Positions 7,951 through 17,240 of a stretch of DNA of 64,000 nt are shown in pieces (positions within the stretch are counted from its first letter, which is position 1; each line of letters opens with the position of its first letter). Made by a program: the position numbers and the translations under genes. Where the stretch lies: positions 438,610 through 502,609 of the forward strand of contig JAQTNH010000001.1 in NCBI GenBank assembly GCA_028713895.1, read 5' to 3'. The notes under the pieces are model-generated. The model saw only the letters and a list, made by a program, of their open reading frames with translations, did no database searches and was not told the origin of the DNA. The DNA is from Candidatus Nanoarchaeia archaeon (GTDB lineage: Archaea > Nanobdellota > Nanobdellia > CSSed11-243R1).

Positions 7951-10299
7951 CTACTCAATCGACAGTTCCTTGCCGAATTCTAATGTAGTAATCCTGTGCA
8001 TGCTTTTTAAGTCTTCGGAAAAGTCCCTCAAAGATTCGGGAAGAATAACTTTTTTCAGCTCGCTGTTCAAGGCAAGCCCCTTTTCTTTCTTGAACTTCCA
8101 TATTTCAGAATTTGTCTTGATAATCAAATCAGTAAGCTTGCACAGTTCTTCGCCCGCTTTTTTGTTTGGTTTCGGGAACTCTTCAAGGTGTATTGACTCC
8201 TTTGAATATAATGAGAGCCAGACTTTCTCTGTGATAAACGGCGAGATTGGCGCGAGCATCTTGATTATTGACTGCAAACAGTAATGCAATGTGTACAGCG
8301 CAGACAAATCATTGTTGTATGCGCGCGCCTTGACCATTTCAAGATAATGGTCAGCGAAAATGTTCCATGAAAATTGTTTCATCTCATTTGCAGGCACAAA
8401 GAAATTGAAATCTCCATAGCCTGCTGCGCTTTTTGCCACTGCCTTGTTGAGCTCAGCAAGAACCCATCTGTCAGCGGGCTGTAGCTCCTTCGCAGTCTTT
8501 TTTACAGGGAACATTGAAATGAATCGCGAGATGTTCCACAGCTTTGTGAGGAACTTCTGCGCGCTCTGAATTTTATCCTCTGAGTAGCGGAAGTCTGAGC
8601 CAAGAGTTGCCTCGGACATGTTCCAGAAGCGGAATGCATCCCCGCCGTATTTTTCAATCACTGGAACTGGGTCAACAACATTCCCAAGGCTCTTGCTCAT
8701 CTTTACGCCGTGCTCATCAACGCCGTGCCCGGATACCCAGACATGCTTGAAAACGTTTTTTCCTGTGAGCAGGTAAGTGCGAAGCATTGTATAATAAAGC
8801 CAGGTGCGGATGATTTCTTTTGCCTGCGGTCTTATTGTAACCGGGAATGCCTTTGCAAACAATTCTTCATCACGCTTGTATCCTGAAATAAACAGGGCTG
8901 AAATGCTTGAGTCCATCCATGTGTCAAATGTGCGGGAATCCCCGACAAATTCTTCATTGCCGCATTTCTCGCATTTTTTGAACGTGGCTGCGTCTTTCCA
9001 TGGCTGATAGTACTTTCCGGGTTTTGGAACATGGGGTGTGTTGCATTTTTTACAGTACCATATCGGGACTTCAGTGCCGTAGAATCTTCTGCGCGTAATC
9101 GGCCAGTCCATTGACACAGACTCAATCCAGTCCAGCAGAATCTGCCGCTTATCCTCAGGATGGAATTTTATTTCGTTTGCAAATTTCCTGAGAACGTCCT
9201 TGAATTCCATCTGTTTGAGGTACCATTCTTTCATCGGGATTATCTCAATCGGGCACTTGCCACGCTCGGACATTGGTGTTCTGTGCATTATTTCCTCGAT
9301 TTTATCGACTTTGTTTTCATTTTTGAATTCCTTGATTATCTCTTCGCGGGCTTCTTTGATATTCAAGCCAGCATATTTTCCAGCATTTTTGTTCATTCTT
9401 CCGTTTTCATCAATGCAGATTTTTTCTTTCAGCTTTAATTCGCGGAAGATGCGCACATCAGCATAATCCCCGTAGGAGCAAATCATTACAACACCTGAGC
9501 CAAATTCTACTTTTGCGTACGGGTGCGCAATCAGCGGAACTTCGTCGCCAATCGGAGTTACCACTGTTTTCTTTCCAAGCTTGTTGTAGCGCTCATCAGA
9601 GGGATTGTAAAGAACTGCTGCGCATGAGAAAATAAGTTCAGGGCGCGTGGTTGCTATTATTATGTCCCTGCCAGTTTCCTTAATCCTAAACTTGAGGTAA
9701 ACGAGCTTTGTCTGTATATCCTGGTATTCTATTTCGGCATCTGCAATCGTTGTCCTTGTCTTGATGTCGTAATTGTTCGGACGCGTGTCTTCGTAAATCA
9801 AACCCTTATTCCAAAGCTCGATGAATGTTTCCTGAGTCAGCTTTCTGTATTCTGGAGAATCTGTGCGGTAGCGGAATTTTTTCATGTCTCCGCTCCAGCC
9901 AAAACTCTGCATAATTTCAATCATGTACGCTTCCAAGTCATCAAGTGATTCTGCGCAAAGCTTCACAAATTCTTCGCGCGGTATCTTGTGCATTGAAATG
10001 TTGTTTTTCTTTTCAGTGTAAAGCTCAACAGGCAGGCCATTTCTGTCAATGCCTGTCGGGAAGAGAACATTAAATCCGGACATCCTTCCAGTGCGTGCAA
10101 CCGTGTCAATCATAGAATAATGCGCTGTTGCCCCAATGTGCCAGGGCTTTCCAGACGGATAAGGCGGCGGAGTGTCTATTGAAAAGACAGGCTTGTCAAT
10201 CTTTGGGTCAAAGTCGTTGAGCTTTTTTTCCAGCCAGAACTTCTTTATCTCAGCCTCTATGTCCTTGTTCCACCTGTTTTCCTTTATTTTAGGCTCCAT
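7951..10299 (-). CDS. valS: Valyl-tRNA synthetase (class Ia)
   Basis: SIDTPPPYPSGKPWHIGATAHY (HIGH region), GIDRNGLPVE, FDTWMDSS and KMSKSLGNVV. The size and the IDTPPP/NGLP motifs fit archaeal ValRS better than Ile or Leu. Confidence 0.75.
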   Translation of the reverse strand: MEPKIKENRWNKDIEAEIKKFWLEKKLNDFDPKIDKPVFSIDTPPPYPSGKPWHIGATAHYSMIDTVARTGRMSGFNVLFPTGIDRNGLPVELYTEKKNNISMHKIPREEFVKLCAESLDDLEAYMIEIMQSFGWSGDMKKFRYRTDSPEYRKLTQETFIELWNKGLIYEDTRPNNYDIKTRTTIADAEIEYQDIQTKLVYLKFRIKETGRDIIIATTRPELIFSCAAVLYNPSDERYNKLGKKTVVTPIGDEVPLIAHPYAKVEFGSGVVMICSYGDYADVRIFRELKLKEKICIDENGRMNKNAGKYAGLNIKEAREEIIKEFKNENKVDKIEEIMHRTPMSERGKCPIEIIPMKEWYLKQMEFKDVLRKFANEIKFHPEDKRQILLDWIESVSMDWPITRRRFYGTEVPIWYCKKCNTPHVPKPGKYYQPWKDAATFKKCEKCGNEEFVGDSRTFDTWMDSSISALFISGYKRDEELFAKAFPVTIRPQAKEIIRTWLYYTMLRTYLLTGKNVFKHVWVSGHGVDEHGVKMSKSLGNVVDPVPVIEKYGGDAFRFWNMSEATLGSDFRYSEDKIQSAQKFLTKLWNISRFISMFPVKKTAKELQPADRWVLAELNKAVAKSAAGYGDFNFFVPANEMKQFSWNIFADHYLEMVKARAYNNDLSALYTLHYCLQSIIKMLAPISPFITEKVWLSLYSKESIHLEEFPKPNKKAGEELCKLTDLIIKTNSEIWKFKKEKGLALNSELKKVILPESLRDFSEDLKSMHRITTLEFGKELSIE

Positions 10300-10361
10300 A
10301 AGAACCTCAAAATTTGGTTTGTTTAAAAAGGTTTTTATTGCAGTAGGTTTTAGCTGTTTCC

Positions 10362-10958
10362 ATGGTTGATGTCAGCACAGCGCTTTCAGTTGCGCTTACA
10401 ATTGTGGGGTCTTTCATTTTTATAGCGCTCAAATTTTTTACTGCAAAGCTGTTCAAAGGCTGGAAAGGCATGATTGCAAAGGCAGTGATAAGCCTTGTGC
10501 TGTCTGTTCTATGCGCAGTTACATGGAGCATCTGCCCGTCGCTTTCAATGATACTTGTTTTTGCGGTGCTGATAGTGTGCGATTTGATAGGATTTGGAGT
10601 CATTTATCTCGCGCAAAATATCCCTTTTGTCGGGGGAACAATAACCTACGCTTTCAGCTTAATCGCGCCCTTTGTTACAATATGGGTAATCATCGCAATA
10701 ATTGCATTTTTATTTGATGTTGTCATGGCAATCCTGGAAATTGTTTTGCTGTTCATTCCAGGCATAGGGTGGCTTATTGATATTTTAGTCCTTGTAGTGT
10801 CGCTCATAGTCCCAATAATATTCCCAATACTCCAGATAGCTGTCTCGTGGTTTGTGTTCACAGCACAGTTCTCCGGAGTCTCAGACTGCATACTTGGGAT
10901 GGGCAGGACAGAAGCTATCCCACTTACCGGTGGAGTGCACATAGGCGCAACAAAGTGA
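10362..10958 (+). CDS. Polytopic membrane protein, unknown function
   Basis: 198 aa, almost entirely hydrophobic helices. Confidence 0.5.
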   Translation: MVDVSTALSVALTIVGSFIFIALKFFTAKLFKGWKGMIAKAVISLVLSVLCAVTWSICPSLSMILVFAVLIVCDLIGFGVIYLAQNIPFVGGTITYAFSLIAPFVTIWVIIAIIAFLFDVVMAILEIVLLFIPGIGWLIDILVLVVSLIVPIIFPILQIAVSWFVFTAQFSGVSDCILGMGRTEAIPLTGGVHIGATK

Positions 10959-10997
10959 TGATACTTGGAAATTGTTAAAGGAAAAGGCATACGCGTA

Positions 10998-11120
10998 ATG
11001 TGCACGCACTGCGGCAGAGAAAGGTTCTATGTGCCAATGCCAGGGACTAAGATAGAAGACTTGGGAGAGAAACGCGTGCAGTGCTTTTTCTGCGGAAAGA
11101 GCTTCAAGGTGGTGCCATAA
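10998..11120 (+). CDS. 40-aa zinc-ribbon protein (below the ORF-track length cutoff)
   Basis: My translation is MCTHCGRERFYVPMPGTKIEDLGEKRVQCFFCGKSFKVVP, with two CxxC pairs. Its TAA stop overlaps the ATG of the next gene (TAATG at 11118-11122). Confidence 0.5.
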   Translation: MCTHCGRERFYVPMPGTKIEDLGEKRVQCFFCGKSFKVVP

Positions 11121-11527
11121 TGGAAAAAACTTTTTTGGAACTTGCAAAAGCAATTGAACAATGCATGGACAAGTGCCCATGGAACAAGGAGCAAACCCTG
11201 GATTCTATGAAGGAAGAACCCATAAAAGAAGCGATGGAAGTAAAAGAAGCAATAGAAAAGAAAGATTACGAAAACCTCAAGGAAGAATTGGGGGATTTGA
11301 TTTACGATACTCTTAACTTAGCGACAATTGCAGAAAGAAAAGGGCTTTTGACAAGAAAAGAGGTTCTACAGACAATTATTGACAAGCTCAAGAGAAGAAA
11401 ACCCTGGGTGTTCGGGAATGAAACTGTAAGGGACTCTGCAGAAGCTGTCAGGCGATGGCATGAAATAAAGAAACAAGAAAAAAGCCTTTCTTCAGAAAAG
11501 AAAGCCTTGGGAAAGAAAAAAGATTAA
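11120..11527 (+). CDS. MazG-like nucleotide pyrophosphohydrolase
   Basis: [38 protein letters not shown] fits the EExxE...D all-alpha NTP-PPase pattern. The ATG at 11120 is preferred over the upstream track start. Confidence 0.7.
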   Translation: MEKTFLELAKAIEQCMDKCPWNKEQTLDSMKEEPIKEAMEVKEAIEKKDYENLKEELGDLIYDTLNLATIAERKGLLTRKEVLQTIIDKLKRRKPWVFGNETVRDSAEAVRRWHEIKKQEKSLSSEKKALGKKKD

Positions 11528-12681
11528 ATCCCGCAGGCTTTCCTGAGCTCATCTGCCTTGTTGGTTTTCTCCCATGTGAAATCAGGGTCATTCCTTCCGA
11601 AGTGGCCGTATGCCGCTGTCTTCTCGTAAATCGGGCGCTTCAGCTGGAGGTAGTCAATGATTGCTTTTGGGCGCAAGTCAAAAACCTTCCGGATGGCTTC
11701 AAGAATCTTTTCTTCAGGGACTTTGTGCGTTCCCTTTGTGTCAACATAAATTGAAACTGGGTGCGCTACTCCGATTGCATAAGCGACCTGGAACTCACAT
11801 TTGTCAGCCAGTCCAGCTGCAACGATGTTCTTTGCTATGTGGCGCGCCATATAAGCTGCTGAGCGGTCAACCTTGCTTGGGTCCTTCCCGCTGAAAGCTC
11901 CTCCGCCGTGTGCGCCAACTCCGCCGTATGTGTCAACGATAATCTTTCTGCCTGTCAAGCCAGAATCTCCTGGCGGACCGCCTATTATGAATTTTCCAGT
12001 AGGATTAATGTGGTAAATGGTTTTGTCGTCAATCCATTTTCCGCAGACCGGCTTGATTACATGCTCTATGACATCTTTCTTTATCTGCGCATGCTCAACT
12101 TCAGGAGAATGCTGTGTCGAGACAACTATTGTGTGGACACGCACCGGCTTTCCATTCTCATACTCAACCGTAACCTGGGATTTCCCATCAGGGCGCACCC
12201 ATGGAAGAATCTTTTTCCTGCGCACTTCTGCAAGCCGCATTGTAAGCTTGTGTGCAAGAAGGATTGGCAGCGGCATCAGTTCAGGAGTCTCGTTTGAAGC
12301 ATAACCAAACATAAGCCCCTGGTCTCCAGCGCCTTGTTCATGACCCTCTTTTTCAGTAACTCCCTGCGAAATATCAGGAGATTGTTCGTGCAGCGAAACA
12401 AGAACAGAGCAGTGGTCAAAATCAAAACCATACTCTGGTTTGTCATAGCCGATTTTCTTTATGGTTGTCCTGGCAACGGCCTGAATATCAACATCAGCTT
12501 TTGTGGTAACTTCTCCAGCCACTACAACCAAGCCTGTGGTTGTCAAACATTCTACAGCCACCCTTGAGTTAGGGTCCTGGCTAATCATCGCATCAAGAAC
12601 TGCATCTGAAATCTGGTCACACAATTTGTCAGGGTGGCCTTCAGTTACAGATTCGGATGTAAACAAATATTTATTTGTCAT
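11524..12681 (-). CDS. metK: S-adenosylmethionine synthetase of the bacterial/eukaryotic MetK type
   Basis: [37 protein letters not shown] and [19 protein letters not shown] are hallmark MetK motifs. Confidence 0.92.
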   Translation of the reverse strand: MTNKYLFTSESVTEGHPDKLCDQISDAVLDAMISQDPNSRVAVECLTTTGLVVVAGEVTTKADVDIQAVARTTIKKIGYDKPEYGFDFDHCSVLVSLHEQSPDISQGVTEKEGHEQGAGDQGLMFGYASNETPELMPLPILLAHKLTMRLAEVRRKKILPWVRPDGKSQVTVEYENGKPVRVHTIVVSTQHSPEVEHAQIKKDVIEHVIKPVCGKWIDDKTIYHINPTGKFIIGGPPGDSGLTGRKIIVDTYGGVGAHGGGAFSGKDPSKVDRSAAYMARHIAKNIVAAGLADKCEFQVAYAIGVAHPVSIYVDTKGTHKVPEEKILEAIRKVFDLRPKAIIDYLQLKRPIYEKTAAYGHFGRNDPDFTWEKTNKADELRKACGI

Positions 12682-12758
12682 GTAATCACCTTTACTTTCA
12701 AAAACAATAAAAACCTATATATACATTAGTATATTAATTTATGATATAAACTATAACT

Positions 12759-13286
12759 GTGAGTTATATGATAAAAATTGAAGAACTGAAAGCTCTACGC
12801 GAGAAGAAAGGCATTACCCAGAGCGAACTCGCCCGCAGGGCTGGAGTAACCCAGGCTCACATTGCAAAGATAGAGTCTGGCAAGGTTGACCCACGATATT
12901 CTACCTTTTCAAAAATCATCTCAGAACTTTTGAAAGAAGAGAAGGAAACCTGCGAGAAATACATGACAAAAAAGATGTATTTTGTCAAGCCAAACGATTT
13001 TATCGGGGCTGCATCAAAGCTCATGACTTCAAAAGGGATATCCCAGATTCCTGTTATCGAACACAAAAAGATTGTCGGGCTGGTTTCGGAAACCGAGCTG
13101 CTTTACCGCAAAACAAACGAGGAGACGCGCATAAAGGAGATAATGGGGGATGTTCCGCCGCAAGTTTCAAAGAACGCAAGCATTGATGTTGCGAAGGATT
13201 TGCTTCATGAGTACGGCGCTGTAATCGTAGTTGACAAAGGCATGCCTGTTGGGATAATAACAAAAGCCAATTTCCTGAAAAAATAA
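12759..13286 (+). CDS. XRE-type HTH regulator fused to a CBS-domain pair
   Basis: KGITQSELARRAGVTQAHIAKIESGK is the HTH. It is followed by two CBS-like repeats (ISQIPVIEHKKIVGLVSETELL and GAVIVVDKGMPVGIITKANFL). Confidence 0.75.
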   Translation: MSYMIKIEELKALREKKGITQSELARRAGVTQAHIAKIESGKVDPRYSTFSKIISELLKEEKETCEKYMTKKMYFVKPNDFIGAASKLMTSKGISQIPVIEHKKIVGLVSETELLYRKTNEETRIKEIMGDVPPQVSKNASIDVAKDLLHEYGAVIVVDKGMPVGIITKANFLKK

Positions 13287-13288
13287 AG

Positions 13289-13362
13289 TGGCCCAGGAGA
13301 GATTTGAACTCTCGACCCCGCGATTATCAGTCGCGTGCACCACCAGGCTATGCTACTGGGCC
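13289..13362 (-). tRNA. tRNA-Ile (anticodon GAU), no intron
   Basis: The reverse complement is GGCCCAGTAGCATAGCCTGGTGGTGCACGCGACTGATAATCGCGGGGTCGAGAGTTCAAATCTCTCCTGGGCCA. It folds as a clean cloverleaf with anticodon loop CTGATAA. CCA is not encoded. Confidence 0.9.
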
Positions 13363-13689
13363 AATAGAAAACTCAAAAGTCTGACGCTTTAAAAAAGTTA
13401 CTTTTATTCAAATTTCAGAAGAATAGAAAAAGCACCTCACCTGCTGATGTTCACTCTTTTTTGTGGTGAACGTTTGAAAATTCCTTCAATGTGAACTGTT
13501 TCAAAAACGAAGACTGCTGTATATCATCGTTTCTTTTATTTTCAGGTTCTGTTGTTTTTGGCCACATTTTTGTTACACCTAAAATGAAGGAGGCTGCTGC
13601 GCTTTATATACAAGTATTTGCTGCAGACTATACTTCTCAGAACTAAATAATTTAAAAAGGGTGTTTAAAAAGCGAGTCACTGTACAGTG

Positions 13690-14013
13690 CTAATGGACAT
13701 TTGCGCCGTTTGAGATGTCACCGTCGACAGTAAGAAGCCTGACAGCGCCTTCAGCATCCTCTGCTGCGAGAAGCATGCCCTGTGATTCAACTCCGCGAAG
13801 CACAGCAGGCTCAAGATTGGCAACCACAATTATTTTTTTCCCAATCAAATCATCAATTCCATAATATTTTTTTATTCCTGCAACCAGCTGCCTTTCCTCA
13901 CCGCCCAAATCAACTTTCAAAACAAGCAGTTTGTCAGCTTTTGGGTGGGGTTCGGCAGATTTTATTGTCCCCACCTTCAGTTCAATTTTTTGAAATTCTT
14001 CAAAGCTTACCAT
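13690..14013 (-). CDS. Stand-alone tRNA-binding domain protein (Trbp111/CsaA, like the MetRS C-terminal domain)
   Basis: FQKIELKVGTIKSAEPHPKADKLLVLKVDLGGEERQLVAGIKKYY...IVVANLEPAVLRGVESQGMLLAA is the classic OB-fold tRNA-binding domain. Confidence 0.85.
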   Translation of the reverse strand: MVSFEEFQKIELKVGTIKSAEPHPKADKLLVLKVDLGGEERQLVAGIKKYYGIDDLIGKKIIVVANLEPAVLRGVESQGMLLAAEDAEGAVRLLTVDGDISNGANVH

Positions 14014-14402
14014 TTTTTATTTCTCTTTATTTTTTTGAATTCAATCAGTTCTATAACAGCCCCATTATGCTTGACCATTGCAACTCGTATATCATCAGAA
14101 GGTGAATTTGGTTTGGTAATAACCTTTAAATCACGATTTGCCAATTCATAGTCTAAATTCTTTACTTCAAATGCTACGTGCGGAGCCTTTTGTACTAATC
14201 TATTGACTGGACTATCTTTTTTATATCTCATCCATTCAATCCCAAAAGGGCTAGTTTCAAAGCCAGATCTATACAGCTTAAACTTAGGCAAGTAGGTCTC
14301 ATGAGGCATTTTCTTTTTTGTCGGAAGCCCAAGATGATGGTATTTCCACCCCCAGCTAACAATTGATTCTGGAAGCTCGTAATCCTGCCTTATTTTTCTC
14401 AT
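14007..14402 (-). CDS. Glyoxalase/VOC-fold family protein
   Basis: WKYHHLGLP...GIEWMRY...PHVAFEVKNLD...NGAVIELIEF fits the vicinal-oxygen-chelate fold pattern. It overlaps both neighbours by 4-7 nt. Confidence 0.55.
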   Translation of the reverse strand: MRKIRQDYELPESIVSWGWKYHHLGLPTKKKMPHETYLPKFKLYRSGFETSPFGIEWMRYKKDSPVNRLVQKAPHVAFEVKNLDYELANRDLKVITKPNSPSDDIRVAMVKHNGAVIELIEFKKIKRNKKW

Positions 14403-16042
14403 TTTTTCAATGCCTCGTACTTTTTTTGTAATTCGATGATATCAATCTTTTCAACAAGAATCTCAGGCTTGTTTATCTTGTGCTCAGGCTCTATTTCCTG
14501 CTTTAATCCATCCCAAGACATTTTTGTTTCAATGTTGAGCATTCTCCAAAGCCTCTCTGAGAATGATGGGAGGAAAGGCTCAAGGAATATTGCCAAAGCC
14601 TTGCATATCTGTGCGCAGACATAAAGCGTGTTCGGCTTGGTTTCCTCGTTTTTCCACGGCTCGCGCTTCTGGAAGTATGCATTTACCTTGTTTGCAAGCT
14701 GGGAAACTGCATCAAGAGCCAGGCGAAGATGCCCTTCTTCCATATTCTTGTCAATCACTTCAGCTGTTTGGTCAATCAAGCCAAGAATGTCCCTGTCCTC
14801 TGCATTGAGTTTTGCCTTTGGCACTTTTCCATTGAATTTGGAATCTATAAATGTCAAAGCCCTGTTCACCAAATTTGAGATTGAACCTATAAGCACCTGG
14901 CTGACGCATTTGTCAAGCTCTTCCCATGAAAACGATGTATCTTTTGTTTCAGGGCGGTCAAACAGCAGATAGAAGCGCCAGTGAGTTGCAGGCATGAGCT
15001 TCAAAGCCTCGTCTGTGAAAACACCGACTCCGCGGGACTTTGAGAACTTCTGATTGCTTTCCCAGTTAAGATTTTCTGTAGCAGCTATCTGGTCTGGTAA
15101 GTGGTACCCTTCTTTTGCGGCTATCAACTGTCCCGGAAATACAATTGTATGAAATGGAATATTATCTTTTCCAATTGCATATATTTGCTTTACATAGTCT
15201 CCAAACCAGAACTCTTTCCAGTCTTCAGACACTTCTTTTGTTGCAGAAACATATCCTAAAGCTGCCTCCATCCATACCCAGATTGTCTTATCTTCTGCGC
15301 CTTCAAACGGAGCAGGTATTCCCCAAGCAACATCTCTTGTGATAGAACGTGACTTAAGTCCCTCATTTAAGAAATTTGTAGTGAAATTTTTAACATTATC
15401 CTGCCATTCAGGATGTGATTTGACATATTTCTTTAGTTCAGGTTCAAGCTTTTTCAAATCAAAGAACCAGTGTTTTGTTTCCTTGAATGTTACATCAGAT
15501 TTTCCGCACATTCTGCATATAGGATTTTTTAAATCCTCGGGTTCAAGGAGTTTTCCGCATGCATCACATTGATCCCCTTTTGCCCCTTTTGCGCCGCAGT
15601 ATGGGCATTCTCCTTCAATGAACGTATCAGCAAGAAATTTCTTGTCATTTTTGCAGAAAGCCCTTTTTTCGACCTTTGTGCTTATGTATCCATTTTCATA
15701 AACTGTTTTGTAATAATCTGCTACAAATTCCTTGTGGATAACAGATTCGGTGGTTGTATAATTATCAAATTTTATTTCAAAATCCTTGATTATTTTCTTT
15801 ATATGTTCGTGGTTCTCTTTTGTCAGTTGTTCTGCAGTGATCCCTTTTTTAGCAGCTTCAAGTTCTGCACGGGTTCCGTGCATGTCTGTGCCAGAAACAT
15901 AAAGTGTTTTGTGTCCTTTCAAACGATAATATCTGGCGAAAACATCTCCTGATAGTAAACAGCCTACCAAATTTCCAAGATGCGGTATAGCCTGAGCATA
16001 AGGCCAAGCCGAACAGACCAATATATTTTTGATAACAATCAC
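14399..16042 (-). CDS. metG: Methionyl-tRNA synthetase, core enzyme without the C-terminal tRNA-binding domain
   Basis: PYAQAIPHLGNLVG (HIGH-like), zinc knuckles CPYCGAKGAKGDQCDACG and CRMCG, and KFSKSRGVGV (KMSKS). Confidence 0.9.
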   Translation of the reverse strand: MIVIKNILVCSAWPYAQAIPHLGNLVGCLLSGDVFARYYRLKGHKTLYVSGTDMHGTRAELEAAKKGITAEQLTKENHEHIKKIIKDFEIKFDNYTTTESVIHKEFVADYYKTVYENGYISTKVEKRAFCKNDKKFLADTFIEGECPYCGAKGAKGDQCDACGKLLEPEDLKNPICRMCGKSDVTFKETKHWFFDLKKLEPELKKYVKSHPEWQDNVKNFTTNFLNEGLKSRSITRDVAWGIPAPFEGAEDKTIWVWMEAALGYVSATKEVSEDWKEFWFGDYVKQIYAIGKDNIPFHTIVFPGQLIAAKEGYHLPDQIAATENLNWESNQKFSKSRGVGVFTDEALKLMPATHWRFYLLFDRPETKDTSFSWEELDKCVSQVLIGSISNLVNRALTFIDSKFNGKVPKAKLNAEDRDILGLIDQTAEVIDKNMEEGHLRLALDAVSQLANKVNAYFQKREPWKNEETKPNTLYVCAQICKALAIFLEPFLPSFSERLWRMLNIETKMSWDGLKQEIEPEHKINKPEILVEKIDIIELQKKYEALKK

Positions 16043-17019
16043 CTTTTGTTTGCAAAATAAATTTTGTTCCTAGTTATAATATTATTTTTAGCCCTTTTTA
16101 TATCTTTTATTTTTTGTGGATGTTTGATATATGGTGCTAAACATTCAAATAATGATAAAAGATGCTGTTTTCTGTTTATACAAAAATGCCAATAATCATG
16201 ATTTCTACAATAACCGTCTTTTCCGACATACCCTCTAAGGTTATCACATTGAAGCTTTGTGCAAATAAAACCTAATTGCTCAAGTTTTATTTTAATTTTA
16301 TTCAACAAAGGAGAGTCATAATTACCTAGACTGTAACGAGCTTTTCCATTGCTTACAAACACACTTCCTTCTGCATCACTGAATCCAGCTAAAAAAGAAT
16401 AGAATGTTTTATTGTTCTCAAAAATCCAATTCCCAGCCTTTTTATTTAACAAAAATGAAAAGGATAAGTCCAAATAAGCTTCCATGTTGATTTTACCTTT
16501 GCATCTCTTGGACCAAATCCGCCCATACTTTTGGAATAAATTTTTAAATAGTTCTAATTGGGACTCTTGCGTGCTTCCACAAGCAACATAAATTGTTTTA
16601 CTGCAGGAACCTCCTGTTTTTGTTCTTAAGTCTCCTATTGTAAAACCAAGTAAATATGCATGTTCCAATAAGTCCCCGCTAAACTTTCTGCGTGGGTAGA
16701 TTATATGAGAATCTGCTCTGTCGCGTAGGTTAAACTCGTATTTTTTCAATTTTCTATCTATAGTTGAATAATGGCATCCGAAAACTTTTGATATCTTTCG
16801 ACTAGACATTTTCTTTTTTAGATAAAACTCTTGAAGTTCAGTTTTACTTACATCAACCCTTTTGTGACCAGGAGCTCTCAAATGTATTTTATTTTCTTTA
16901 AGTCGTTTTAGTATTGTAGCTTTGCAACATCCAAACAATTTACAAATTTTCGTAGAAGGCAAGTTCTGATCGATGTAAAGCTGAACTAATCTTTCTTTTG
17001 AAATATCAATTTTTGCCAT
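16039..17019 (-). CDS. LAGLIDADG endonuclease-like protein with two N-terminal HTH repeats
   Basis: Tandem repeats of about 45 aa (SKERLVQLYIDQNLPSTKICKLFGCCKATILKRLKENKIHLR and SKTELQEFYLKKKMSSRKISKVFGCHYSTIDRKLKKYEFNLR). These are followed by the motifs YLLGFTIGDLR and FLAGFSDAEGSV. Its TGA stop overlaps the metG ATG (ATGA). Confidence 0.75.
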   Translation of the reverse strand: MAKIDISKERLVQLYIDQNLPSTKICKLFGCCKATILKRLKENKIHLRAPGHKRVDVSKTELQEFYLKKKMSSRKISKVFGCHYSTIDRKLKKYEFNLRDRADSHIIYPRRKFSGDLLEHAYLLGFTIGDLRTKTGGSCSKTIYVACGSTQESQLELFKNLFQKYGRIWSKRCKGKINMEAYLDLSFSFLLNKKAGNWIFENNKTFYSFLAGFSDAEGSVFVSNGKARYSLGNYDSPLLNKIKIKLEQLGFICTKLQCDNLRGYVGKDGYCRNHDYWHFCINRKQHLLSLFECLAPYIKHPQKIKDIKRAKNNIITRNKIYFANKR

Positions 17020-17020
17020 T

Positions 17021-17128
17021 TTAAATCACCGAGCCGACTTGGGCGAAGATTGTTTATGAAGTTTTAGCGAAGCGACACGAAGTGGAAAACTCAATAAACA
17101 AGCTGAGCCAGGCTCACAGGTGATTTAA
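17021..17128. promoter_or_regulatory. 108-nt imperfect palindrome / long hairpin in the leader of the LAGLIDADG-metG operon
   Basis: Arms: ttaaatcacc-gagcc (17021-17035) pairs with ggctc-aca-ggtgatttaa (17111-17128), and tgtttatgaagtttt (17051-17065) pairs with aaaactcaataaaca (17086-17100). On the minus strand one arm is the GGTGAT Shine-Dalgarno in front of the ATG at 17019. Confidence 0.5.
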
Positions 17129-17240
17129 AAGAAATAATACTATATGGGTTTGTCGGGGTGTTGTCCAGTATGTCCAGTAATCGTCTGTAGCAATCTTAAT
17201 ATAATACTATTTTTTAGTTGTTTATTGAGAGATGTGATTT

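Noticed and set aside
13440-13530. Possible C/D-box sRNA (ctgatgt ... gtgaac repeats) in the 330-nt spacer between tRNA-Ile and the Trbp111-like gene.
   Set aside because: The box sequences are degenerate: there is no clean RUGAUGA/CUGA pair with the proper 12-nt guide spacing. It cannot be supported by eye.
16039-17019. The LAGLIDADG genes considered as inteins or as intron-encoded ORFs of rRNA or protein genes.
   Set aside because: None is embedded in a host reading frame: there are no Hint/splicing blocks and no flanking extein continuity. No rRNA or group I intron structure is present. All four are free-standing cistrons.
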